DNA of 35,224 bases, from NCBI GenBank assembly GCA_003568945.1, contig BDIP01000060.1:1-35224 (forward strand), read 5' to 3'. Within the stretch, counting starts at the first letter, position 1. The number at the start of each line of letters is the position of its first letter. Positions 23,701 to 35,224 of the stretch are shown here, in pieces. This stretch comes from Kipferlia bialata. Taxonomy: Eukaryota. A program made the position numbers and the translations under genes. The notes below the pieces were generated by a model that saw nothing but the letters and a program-made list of their open reading frames with translations, was not told the DNA's origin and searched no databases.

Positions 23701-26700
23701 CATGTTGCAATCTAGCGTCGTATTGCATATACACTTTGACTCTGTGTCCTATTGGTTCATGTTACCCCTCACCCTCAATGTCTCCTCACCCCCAGGCCCT
23801 GACTACCTACGTGTTGTCGAGGTCACTGAGTATGTGCACAACCGATCCACCTCTACCATCGTGGCACACTTCCACGATGACTCTAGGGATGCGGATGACC
23901 AGGATGGGGGGAGAGTTAAGATTCAGCTGTGTGATGGCGATGGTGTGTGCTCTCGTGTTGGTTACTTGCGTTCCTTTGATGCTGAGGTGTCAATAGTAGT
24001 AGACGTGACGGATCTAGACTCCTCAATCTACGTGGAAGGTTCGGTATTCTATCTTCTCTCTTTCTCCATCTAATCGAAGGCACTGAAACGGTTCATCGGC
24101 ATTGTTCTCTCTGATACTCACACCCAGCATATCCGGAAAGCGCGTGTGACGCAGTATACTCCAACCGATATGTCCCTTCCATGAGGGTGTCTGTCCAGAT
24201 CAGGGAGGCTCGGCAGGTGAGACTACTGTGTGTTCCTATTGCAATGTCTAGTACACCTGTCTCGCTGTGGCCTACACCAGTACCCCCCTCACCCCAGATC
24301 CCCTCCGAGCTCCGAGTTGACCCCGTTGCCGCTGGTGCCGACACTGTTGTGCTCTCCCTGGTGGATGCAGGGGGGTGGACGGTGGGGTCTTCCCTCTCTG
24401 TCAGCCTCACCTCCTGGGACGGGGAGGACTATGCCTCTCTGGCCACATACGACCCAGCCACGGGTGCCTTCTCGGCTGCCATCCCTAGTGATACCCCTGC
24501 TGGCCCGTGCCCTCTCTCTGTGACAGTGACCCAGGATGGGGAGGAGGCCATCACCCTGGAGGCTAGCACCACTGTATACACCAACCTCGCCCTGTCCAGC
24601 CTCACAGTGACAGACCTACTCCCTGGGTACGACAATCTCCCCTACCTGACGGCCGCATCTGGGAACTGGGCAGCAACAGTCATCATGAGTGAAGACAACG
24701 GCGAACGCCACTTGCTCATGTACCGCAGGCCGACATTCCACATGCCTTACACGTATGAGCAGCGGATTCCGATTGATGGTGAGTGTCTAGTACTCCATAC
24801 AGTTTGCTGTGAGTTGTGTCTCTCTCACACCAGGCATGGTAGAGGACGAGGTATTCCCATCCGTTGCTCTTGATGGAGAGTGGATGGTGCTGTCTGTGCC
24901 CGAGCATGACGGGAGTACCGTCGGTGACTTAGATGTGACCGGAGTCTCTTTACGGTTCTATAAGGTTAACGCCGCGACTGGCAGGTGGGAGATGGTTCAA
25001 ACAGAGGCAGTACCTCAGTCCCATATGTCGTTTGCGAGTTTCGAATGGGTGAGTTACAAGTAGTGAGATGCTATCGGTACCCTGCTGTGTTTGCTGTAAA
25101 TATCATTATTCAGCCACAGTGTTTGTATGCACATTCTTCACCTAACATTAGGAACCCATACTTTACCAAGGAGGTGTTGTGCATGTGTCCATGGCTTCAG
25201 GGACTGTGGTCTACTCATCGGGTGTGGGTGAATCCAACTGTGCCCATGTCTACAACCTCACTGATGAGGGTGTGTGGGAGCACCAGCAGACGCTAGAGGT
25301 CTCTGACATCCCGTCTGGCCTTAGCCTTGGCCTGCAGTCCAGTCTCAATGAGTCTGGTACCCTCGTTGGCCTCTCCACCTATGTGAACAACGCCTCAGAC
25401 CTTGAGGACATTGGCACTACCATCCCTGGCGCATACGAGTTCTCGTATGATGCCGCATCTGGCCTGTGGACCCAGACGGGTGTTGTCACATCCCCCTTCT
25501 CAGAGACACTCTACACAGACGAGTGGGTGGTTGTGCACTTTGTCTCCATCCACGATGACACCATTGTTGTGACATCTGCCACAGAAATAGTCACCGGGGA
25601 AATCCTGGGAGTAGTAAGAGTGTATGACAGGACAGAGACCGAGGAGGGGACTTCATACACCCTCTCGATGACCCTACCTCAGAGCAGTACAGATGGCTAC
25701 TTCGGTATGGGGGCCAACGTTGTGATTACTGATACGATGATGGTAATTGACGACCTGTTTCACTGCAATGGCGCTGAGTCTTACGGGCTTGTCTCTTTCT
25801 ACGAGAGGCAGACGGCCGACTCTCAGTGGACTATGTTCTCTACATTGACAGCCGCTGATGTAGTTGCTGATGAGGATGTTGATGCCGGGGTTGAGTCGTA
25901 CATCGGCTTTGGCCTCTGCCACTCTGTGGACCCAGTATCAGGAGAGGATGCAATCATCATTGTGAGCATACTGTTTGGCTGGGGCGAAGAGGATGACGAC
26001 GACTTTGAAACTGCCCAGATCCACGTTCTCTCCCCGTCCCCCTCTCCTCTCTCTGTTACCTCCTATACCGACCCCCTCCTCGTGGGATCCAACACAGTGG
26101 AGGTGACCCTGCAGGATAGTGATGGCCTGCCTGTCTCTGACGCCACAGTGTCCCTGCTAGGCCTGGACTCTACATACACTCTGGTGTCTGAGGGAGACGG
26201 ATCCTACACCGTCGACAGTGTGTCTGTCTCTGACGATAGAGCCGACATCTCTCTCGTGGCCACATCTGCTACTGCTCCAGAGGCTGCGACCTACTTATAT
26301 GGAGATACGCCTGTTGTTAAGTACGACAGCCTGGTTCCTGTCTCGGTATCAGTGTACCCTAGTGTGCTGGTGCCCGCTGATGCCACCCCAGACTCTGTGT
26401 CTGTGCACTCTGTGTGTACTGCATCCTCCCTCCTCTACCTCGCTGTCCTCAACCAGTACGGGTCTGTGGTCGAGGGGGCTAGCCCAGTGACTGTCTCTAT
26501 CGATAGTGGTGCTGCAGCATCTGCCTCCTATGACGACACCCTCCATCTCTACACGGTGCCTGTCACAGCTGGGTCTCTCTCTGTCGGCACCCACCAGGCA
26601 GTCGTGTCTGTGTCGGACCCCACCTACCCTGCTATGACAGACACAGTATCCTTCCAGGTGCACGGAGTACTGTCATCCCTCACTGCCACTCCCTCTGCCT

Positions 26701-29700
26701 CCTCTTCCGTCGCTGGAGAGAGTAACTTAGTCTCAGTGGCGCTCAGTGATGCTGATGGTACCCCACTGGTACCTGGCAACCAGTATGAATGCTCTGTCAC
26801 TCTCTACTCCGACTACGGTGTCGCTACTATTCACGGTGGCTTGGGTACAGCAGTAACTGCCCACTGGGATGCTCGCGAAGATGCCTACGTGGCATCTGTC
26901 ACTTCAGTGTCCACTGCTACCACAGAGATCCTAGTCACTGCCTCCTGTTCTGCTGGGGTAGAGGCTGACTCTGTCTCCGAGAGTGTCCCCTACACGGTAA
27001 CTGCAGCTGCTATGGTCCTGGACTCCTGCACACTTACACTCGTGTCGGGGGAGAGGCAGGTGGAGGAGTACTGCTACTGGACATCCATCGACAACGAGGA
27101 GTGCCACCGCACTGTATACGCCGGCGAGGGCCTTGTCGTGTCTGCCTTCCTGTCTGATGAGTACCTCAACCCTATCACAGACAGAGACGTGCCTCAGCTC
27201 TACCTGGACTCGACTGATGAGTCCTACCCCCTGACCCTTGACACAGAGACCCAGGTGTACACATACACCTTCGGTGGGGCAGACCACACCTCTATCGAGA
27301 CGCTGACATTCGGTGTGACTGTTGGTGAGGGTGTGGTGCTAGGGGTGGAGGCGTACGATGTTGACGTCGTGGCCAACCCCAACCCTGACCCTGATCTGTC
27401 TGTCTTCACCTATGACACCACAGCTACGGTCGGTACATACATGCGGGTGACGGCTCTGTTCAAGGATCAGTATGGTAACACCATTCACTACTCGTACGTT
27501 AGATGTGGGTTCCTGAGTGAAGACACGTCGCGTAGGTACATGGGGTGGGAGTACATAGGGGATGAGACAATGCCAGGCACCTCCACCTTCTACGGAAGTG
27601 TGCGCGTCCTCAACACTGCTGGTGAACTTCCCATATACTTCGTTGGTTCCTACCGCTACTACGGGTATTACTATGACTACTATTACGGATCCCACTGGTA
27701 CTACGATGGCTACAATAGCAACTCCTACACGATGCAGCCTGGCACTGTCACCGCCACCCCAGGCCCTGCCTCTAGACTGACTGTGGACGAGCCTGCCTAC
27801 CTCAAGGCCGGGGGCGAGGTGTCTCTTTTGATGCACGTCACAGACTGGTACGGCAACACGGTTAGCGGCGAGACCCTCTCAGTATCTACTGAGAGTAGCT
27901 CCTCAACCGGCTCAGAGTGTGTGTCTGCTGGCGGTGCCTACACCTGTGACGTCACATACACTGTGGAGCCCCAGCGCGTTGCCCCAGTGTATGCCTGGTA
28001 TGACTCGAGCTGGCTCCCCCCCTATACCCTCCGTGTGGTGGGAGACGATGCCGATGGGGCTGCCTCAACTGTGTCTCCTGACAATGCAGTGATGGGGGCC
28101 GATGTGACCGTGGAGGTATCCCTGGCCTCGGCTAATGGCATCACAGTCCTCTGGGAGCCCAAGCACCCCCTGGTGTATGTTGGGTGGTCCTCTGACCTAG
28201 CCGATGCCACCCAGGCTGCATACACACCTAGCGTCAAGGGATGGCTGACGACAGTCACCGCTCCCGACAGTGCCGGCACAGACATGACAGGTGGGGGTGT
28301 ATATGTATATGTCTTTAGCATCACTCTCATTGATTCTCCCACCCCAGGCACCCTGCATGTGTTTGTCAATGACGGGGAGGATGGAAGCTCGGCCGAACTG
28401 CTCAAGACACACTCTGTGTCGCTGGAGGACCAGACCCCTCGGGAGTCCACCACAGCAGTCTTCCCTGCCCTGGCAGCTGTGGATACCTCCCAGAGGTACA
28501 CTGTACAGCTACGCAACATCCTCGACACCCTGATTGTCGAGCCCTCTCTGTCTGTATCTGTAGGATGGGAGTCCGAAGACCCCGAGACAGCTGTCTTCGA
28601 CCTTGGCACCGGCTCTTACTCTCTCTCTCTCATGGCCCCTCCCGATGCTGGAGAGATGCCTCTCGAGGTGTATGTCGACGACGAGCTGTTGCTGTCCCAC
28701 TACGTGACCCTATATGCCCCGCAGGCTGCGGCGTCTGGCAGTGCGGTTGAGGTGTCTGATGTGGACGAGGACTCAGGGTATGGAGAAGTGGTGGCCATGG
28801 CCGGGGACTGGACAGTGATAGCAGCCCCCCGGTATGGCGACAACGACTCCGGCAAGGTGTTCTTCATGGAGTCGACAGACGAAGGGTTCACCGAGAGAGA
28901 CGCCGTGACCCCCCAGACCGACACGGACTACGGCCTCTTCGGCTCCTCTCTCTGCATGGCCGGGGATGATGGTGCCTATGTCGCCTACATCGGGTACCCG
29001 GGGGCTGGGCAGGTCGAGGTGTACAGCAACGATGGGTCAGGATGGGTATACACCGCTGTGCTGGGAGAGGACGACTGGGTGGACGGGAACGGGTATGGTG
29101 ACAACCTCGCTTGCACCATCGATCGTGTGATGGTCGGGGCGCCCTCGGCATTCACGTACAATGTGCCCAACTCAGGTGCGGCATATGTGTATGCCTGCGG
29201 TGCCGGTACGTGTACCCTCCAGGCCCAGCTTGTGTCCAACCCTGTGGAGGGCTCTCTGCTGGGTACCGGTGTGGCACTGAGTGGTGACACCGCCTCGCTG
29301 ACCTCTGGGGGTGACGTGTCCCAGACCACGGTGTATGAGTATGACTCTGACCTAGAGAGGTGGGAGCTGGTGTCTGCCCTGCCCTATGGCGGGGGGGACC
29401 TCGCTCTGTGCGATGGGACGCTGGTGATAGAGACACCCGCCTTCCCTGATGGGTTTGCTGTCTTCACCGCTGCCTCTGGGTATGGGTCTCTGGAGAGAGA
29501 GGACTCCAGCGGCACAGAGACCAAGACCCTGCCGCTCTCTGCCAAGGACACTGCCGCCGACGCCCTTTCTCTCTCCCTCTCCGGCTCCACCCTCGTTGTG
29601 TCCAAGGCCAATGCCTCTACCAACATCGGCTCAGTCACAGTGTACAAGGAGAGCTCTGGCGTGTTTGTGGGGTCGCCCCCCATCCCCACCACCGGTTCTG

Positions 29701-31144
29701 AGCCGGCGCCAGTTGCCATAGATGAGAGCGGGAACCTGCTGGTTGGGTCGTCAGGTGGGCACTTAGGGCTGGATTATGCACACTATCTACATATCTACAT
29801 ACATCTCATACTGCTGACCCCAAGGGGATGACAGTGCCGGGGTGACTGCCTTCGACCTAGCCTCCCCGGCTGCGCTGGTGCTAGACACCAACCAGGTGCA
29901 TGCATCAGTATTCCATATACATCCTATGTAGATGTGCTGGTACCCCCTCACCCTAGGCCACCTACGTGCAGGGCACAGCGGATGTCGGGGTGCAGTTCCA
30001 CTTCATGGACACTCTTGGCGAGTCTCTCCCCCCTCTTGCCGGTGGTGTCTCCTTCTCTGTGGGCTCTTCTGCAGCAGTGACTGCCTTACCCCATGCCTCT
30101 CTCTCTGTGTATGATGTGACCATGAGTGTGCCTGAGGCCGTGGGCCACACCACCCTCAAGGCCGAGACAGCCGAGGACAGCCTGACCACGGGTATTGTCG
30201 TGGTGGCTGGGCCCCCCTCCCCCATCAAGTCGTCTCTTGTGGCACCCAGCGCCACGGCTGGTGCTGACACAGAGATCTCAGTCATGCTCCGTTCCTCCTA
30301 CGATGATGTCAACTACGATTCCCATGACGTCACCATCACTTGGACCTCGGATGCCGGTTCTGTCTCAGGCAGCCCCTCTATCGATGAGACCAGTGGGTTA
30401 TACGCCGTGACCCTGGCTGCTGGGACAGTGAGTGGGACCTCCACGGTCACGGTCTCTGTCGGTGACGAGCCCACCTTCCTCCAGACATCTGTGGCCATTG
30501 CCCCAGACACCCCGTCTGGAGACACGTCCTCTCTCTCCCACCCCGAGGAGCTACAGGCAGAGCAGACGGTGCGTGTGGTGGCTACTGTACACGACCAGTA
30601 CGGTAACACCTGTTCTGGCAGGGACGTCTCTGTCGCCATCAGTGAAGTCTCTAGCGTCGCTGCCTGGGATGCAGCAACCTCCACCTATGCCGCCAACATC
30701 GCACTGCCTGCCAAGGGAGACACCACTCTGTCCCTCATTGTAGACAGCGTCTCCCTCCTATCCGTTCCTGTGACTGTGGAGGGTGGGTCAGACCTGCTAA
30801 TCTACGCGATTGCAGGTGGGGCTGGGCTACTCCTGACTGTTGTCGTGGCCACCTGTATTGGGATGCGTTGCAGAAGGAGGAAGCACAAGGATGAGGTTGA
30901 CATGACCCCAGAGGAGGAGGTGGAGGAAGGGACTGTCGATGAGGCTGTGGAGGTGGAGCAGGAGCAGGAAGTGGGCCCTGTAGTGACTGAGGGCACAGAG
31001 GGTACAGAGGGTGTGGATGCCACAGACTACGAGGACACACGCAGTGACATGCCGGAGACAGGGGAGTATCGTGTAGAGTACCCCGTTGTGGTGGTACCCG
31101 TGTGTGTGCTGCCAGGCGGGGCTGCTGGCAATGGTCTTGTGTGA
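20782..31144 (+). CDS. Very large type-I membrane surface protein with FG-GAP-like propeller repeats and Ig/invasin/filamin-like beta-sandwich repeats (multi-exon, roughly 2,800 aa)
   Basis: Signal peptide MRAALLLCLLILVFG at 20782. FG-GAP-like repeats (GSSVSVDGLYAAFGVPY, FGTSIAL..LAVTAPG, YGEVVAMAGDWTVIAAPRY, FGSSLCM..YIGYPG, YGDNLAC..VMVGAP). Repeated D.YGN / V.L.D Ig-like motifs (KDQYGN, TDWYGN, HDQYGN). C-terminal TM helix LLIYAIAGGAGLLLTVVVATCIGM followed by RCRRRKHK and an acidic tail; stop at 31144. Not every internal exon boundary was resolved. Confidence 0.8.
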
Positions 31145-32221
31145 GGTGTAGCAGGGACTGGTTACTTCAGTCAGTGAGTGTGTGAGAGAATTAGTAAATT
31201 GTGTGTATTGTGTGTCTTTCGGAGAGACAATGGTTGCCATTTCTGGAACCTAGTTATAGGTGTATAAGAAGTCTTTGTGTCTCTTCCTAGGTGACCTCCG
31301 ATTGATAGTAGCCAACCGAGCTTCGAAGCGGATTCCTTCGACAACGTAGAGTAACAGCAGTCTTTGAGGCAATTGTACCCTAATCCTTTGCTCAATATTT
31401 GAAGGTGGTATTGTATTGAGCAAATATTTGTGTTTTAGAAAGCTTGGTCCAGTAAACGTATCTCTGAAGAGAGTGAGCGCGTCAAACCCGAACTGTCGTC
31501 GAGTTTGCTTTGGGATTCTTAAGTTACAGCTCCATAGCCTCGGGCATAATGGCAAACACTCGAGATTCTATGAGTTACGGCTGCAGTCCCCATGTAATGA
31601 GTAACACCATTCAGTGAATAGCGTTATGAGGTATATGCAAACCGATGCTGGTGGCACACCTGGATAGGGAGGTGTCCGCACGCAACAAAACACGACCATC
31701 GACTGTCGCGCGACAGGTAGGGTGGGGGATGGCTACCAGAGAACAGAGGTACCACCTGGTACACACAGGCCAGCACTTGAAGCAGCTGGGAGTTCTCTCT
31801 TCTAACAAGAACTCTCAGTGAGAGTCTCTCACATATGTGTAGTTTGATATCTGATATTGGAATCCAATAATAGGATGCCAAGTAGACACACTTGGGCCAA
31901 GTAACTAGACGACTGCCGGAGCTATATAGTCCTCAAGTCAATAGCACTTCAGCACTGGTGTCCTTAGTAGTGAGTCACTACTAGTGACATGCCCCACAAT
32001 AGTTACAGTGATAGATCTTCATGGATGGAACCAAATGACTATAATAGAGACACAGAAATGCAAGTTGCATTATGCAACTGTTGTTTGCTTAAGCACTGCT
32101 TGAGTCTTTTGAACTCTTCTCCTTGGGGACAGCCATATACCTGCTTAGCTGTAGTTGTCAGAACTCCGCATGGAGAATGTATAGCAAATGCAGCTCATCA
32201 ACATAGTCCGGCCTACACCAT

Positions 32222-32512
32222 CTATTCCTCCTCATCCAGATGTGCACTCAGAGCAGTGGCCCACAGGTATGGGTCTCCCTCCACCAGCATGTACCACACC
32301 CTGTCAGGTGTGATGACACGCATGCAGGGCATGTCCTGAGAGGCAGGTGAAGGTGGAGAGAGAGCTATCTAAGAGAAGCCGTACAAGTCAACGACACCCT
32401 TCGTATTACGTGACTCTTCTGAGACGTAGTATCGCACCAGCTTGTCACTGAGACTAGTAGTGAACCACCTACGCTTCCAGTTCTTGCGCAGCCCTCCCTG
32501 CTTCACCATCCC
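32222..32512 (-). other. Pleckstrin homology (PH) domain, not in the ORF track
   Basis: GMVKQGGLRKNWKRRWFTTSLSDKLVRYYVSEESRNTKGVVDLYGFS*IALSPPSPASQDMPCMRVITPDRVWYMLVEGDPYLWATALSAHLDEEE*: it has KxGG..KNWKRRWF, YY, KG..DL, TPDR.WY and the terminal helix Trp. Confidence 0.88.
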
Positions 32513-32719
32513 CCTAGATGTCCAGCGTATCTAACCCGTCTGGCCTCAGGGCACTCGGGGTCAAAAGGAGCGAAGTTGAGTAGTGCGGGGTCGACAGGCA
32601 CGGACGGTCTAGCAGGGGTACGGTCAGAACTAGAACTGCTCTTTGAGCCGGGGCGCTTAGCATTCCCCCCAACCTGTGCACGGCTTCGCCCAGCGGCATA
32701 CTCCTGCACACCTCCTGCG

Positions 32720-33217
32720 GCTAGCATCCTGTAGAGTAGCTCAACCCCCTTACCACTCTTAGCAGATACCTCAGCAAAGTAGGCAGAGCGCTCCTGGGCA
32801 AGCGAGCACCCATCTATGTATGGTACCTCACGGGCTTTGGGAGTGGCGTCACACACGTCACTCTTGTTTCCGACAATGGCCAGGAAGGGGCTGTCAGAGT
32901 TCTTGGACACCCACTCAAGGTGCTCCCCAAGCCTCTTGAACGTGCCTTGATCTGTGATGTCATACATGACAATGACCACGTTGACACCTCGGAGGTACTG
33001 GCGGTTGATGGTGCGGAAACTATCCTGACCTGCAGTGTCCCACACTTGCAGAGAGAGAGTGGCACCAGGGGGGCCATATTGGAGTCTCTTGCTCTTGAAA
33101 TCGACACCGATTGTGGATATGTAGCCCGCTGCTGAAGGAGTTCTTGGCAAATCGTTCTATCATACAAGACTTGCCGACTGAACTATCGCCAATGACAATG
33201 AGTTTCAGCATATGGTC
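32720..33217 (-). other. Rab-family small GTPase domain
   Basis: G1 GDSSVGKS, switch I YISTIGVDF, G3 WDTAGQ, G4 GNKSD, G5 EVSAK. Split across two ORFs by a 1-nt insertion. No C-terminal prenylation cysteines. Confidence 0.92.
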
Positions 33218-33584
33218 ACACTCCCCGTCTCTCTCCCCCTGGTCTGTCTCCACTACACTACTGGCCTCGACTGCGTTATCAACCGGGGCGGCCAGTTGCC
33301 GCATGACAGTCTGTAGCTGTGACTGGAGAGCAGCCTGCATGTGGAGCACCTCCTGATGTCTGCCCTGAGCTGCCTCCTCTGCCACACTGAAGTGGGCCTC
33401 GACTGCCCCCAGGATACCAGCATACTCACCCCCTGCCTCACGCAGGGCTGCCTCTGCCTCCCTCACCTCCTGGCTCCCTCCCCTCCCCTCCATACGCATG
33501 GCTGTCAGTTGGTCACCCATGCGGTTGAGAGCGGCTTGCACAGCTCTCACCCCCTGTTCTTGCAGGAACAGAACACGAGAACAG

Positions 33585-34106
33585 GTATCCAGTGTCAGTT
33601 GTCCTGTGAGAGAGGTCAAGTCACGCTGCAGATCCATGAAGGCGGTGTCAGCCGTCTTGCAGGCTAGGATGCGTCTAAATGTCCCCATACCAAAATACTT
33701 GTCGAGGTAAGTACTAGCTCTCTCTCCACACAAGAGGTGAGGAGAGGGAGAGAGTGGCAGTGTTCAGAGGGGAGGTCACACACGGTCTTGTCTAGAGAAA
33801 CAATCTGAACTGTGAGGCTTGGGGAGTCCAGTTACCACATCATATATCACGTTTACTAGTTTGTGACCCTCATGTATTCACAAGTTCTTCATATGGTACA
33901 TATAATCATTAATGCGACTCCTAAGATAGTACTCAGTCGGGGCCTTTGCCGTCGTAATCTCATTCATACATGAGAGATTTACAATTCTTTGAATATTTGC
34001 GTACCTGATCCAACACGAGCACGCACTTGGCGTCTGCGTGTCTCTTGGTGTCGTGTCTGCTCTTGATGGCCATGATGGCAGAGGCCACCTGTTTAGCAGT
34101 GTCCAT
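33585..34106 (-). other. MLKL N-terminal (4HB/HeLo-like) domain
   Basis: Reconstructed MDTAKQVASAIMAIKSRHDTKRHADAKCVLVLDQ|IVSLDKTVCDLPSEHCHSLPLLTSCVER/ASTYLDKYFGMGTFRRILACKTADTAFMDLQRDLTSLTGQLTL keeps register with MLKL residues ~1-120 as recalled (K5, I14, R17, C28, L38, K40, L45, PSE, E-x-A, K-aromatic, R-x-L, F-x-D, R-x-L). Confidence 0.68.
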
Positions 34107-35224
34107 CTGAGTGGTAGCTGTCAGAGTTTCTATGTCTAGAGGTGAGAGCCAGAAACGCTGAAAGTGCGGATTTGGAGGTAACAACAATAATAATACACTG
34201 AAAGGTGGGGCCATCATGAGTAAGAGATACATGCTAAAGGGAAAGAGAGAGGGCCAAAAGGACAGAGAGAAGGACACATAGAAGATGAGGAGATGTAGTA
34301 TGCGGGGGAGGGGGGGGGGATAGAGAAATAGTGCTCTAGTATGAGAATGTCAGGGATAGAGTTGGTAAGGCGGTGGAAATACATTTCATGTTGTGTGAAA
34401 TGCCAGTGACACCAAGACCCAGGGCCAGACCCCTCACCCAATGCAATATATATATATATGCACGTTGCTTCTAACGCGAACAAACCACAAGGCTATGTAG
34501 GTATGGTAGTCTCCCAACATTGAGAGGTCAAATAACTATATCAGTACCATAGTATACTGACTGGTATGGCCATGCATGAGTCCTTGAAAGATCGTGATAT
34601 TACTGAAAGGAAGGAAACTATATTGACACCGATACCTTTTGGGACGTGTTTGTACCACTGGGGAAGCAAGGTCCCTTCCTTAGATCTAGACACGGAGATT
34701 TCAGTCCAAACTCTAGAAGGTTGCCAACATCAGGATCGGTCTGAGCAAAAAATGGAAAAGGGTCTAGGCTAGTCTTGGGAAGTCATATGTATGAATACTA
34801 CACAGATAAAGGCACCCTATACTGGACACATGGTGTTAGAAGGGTGTCCTGTTTCTAAGTGACCAGATACCTCATGAATCCGAAGATTGGAACAAAAATG
34901 AGCACAACATGGATAGCAACCGGATTCGGTGCAGTTTCGTCAAACTGAAACGTCCTGGCGTATCACATCCCTCTCACCATCTTAATGGTTGGCCCCTAGC
35001 ACTCTCCTGGTATCTATTCAGCTGATCGCATATGAGTCCTGTTAGAGTGAGTGATGTGTAATACGATAAGTGTGGAAGACACTCACACCGACAATTTAGG
35101 TGTCATTCACTCAACTGACATTTATGTCGGTACTACACTGCATGCTGCTAAATAGAGTACTTGACGGACTGCTGTGGTGGGACCTTGACATGAGCCTGGG
35201 TCAGGTGTTTGTGTGCTGAACCCT

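Larger units (their letters stand above)
32222..34106 (-). pseudogene. MLKL-like four-helix bundle - helical linker - Rab GTPase - PH domain fusion; disrupted in this copy (or contains sequence errors)
   Basis: Exon 34106-34005, intron 34004-33805, then coding-like sequence from 33804 to the TAG at 32224-32222. Lesions: 2 extra nt in a GA run at ~33718-33726; 1 extra G at 33125-33127; a frame break at ~32510-32520; an in-frame TAG at 32371-32369. Confidence 0.72.

Noticed and set aside
31171..32200. Several short ORFs between the surface protein and the PH domain
   Set aside because: No recognisable domains or consistent splice pattern; treated as intergenic.
32369..32516. In-frame TAGs suggesting a TAR=Gln genetic code as in some diplomonads
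   Set aside because: The 1,500-1,700-codon ORFs in the window contain no in-frame TAR, and other genes end in TAG or TAA; the code is standard.
34200..35224. Short ORFs at the window end
   Set aside because: No supporting motifs; a further 5' exon of the MLKL-Rab-PH gene is possible but unsupported.

Overview
Intron-rich eukaryotic DNA: short GT-AG introns with CTRAC/CTCAC-like branch points close to the AG, (CT)n/(TA)n microsatellites, standard genetic code. The style suggests a free-living fornicate/metamonad such as Kipferlia (inference only). By manual splicing the window holds: (1) a 5'-partial, >=3,800-aa RNF213/mysterin-like AAA+ ATPase with a variant RZ finger (+, 178-12870); (2) a Kelch-like beta-propeller gene (-, 13643 to ~15860); (3) the first three exons of a kinesin-9-like gene that break off at a poly-G tract (-, 16294-16647); (4) head-to-head with it, a 15-exon GCKR/MurQ-family double-SIS protein (+, 16849-20514); (5) a very large type-I surface protein with FG-GAP-like and Ig/invasin-like repeats (+, 20782-31144); (6) the most unusual locus, split over several ORFs in the supplied track: an MLKL-like four-helix bundle, a helical linker, a Rab-family GTPase and a C-terminal PH domain (-, 32222-34106), carrying about four reading-frame lesions in this copy. 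All homology calls come from motif recognition by eye, not from database searches.
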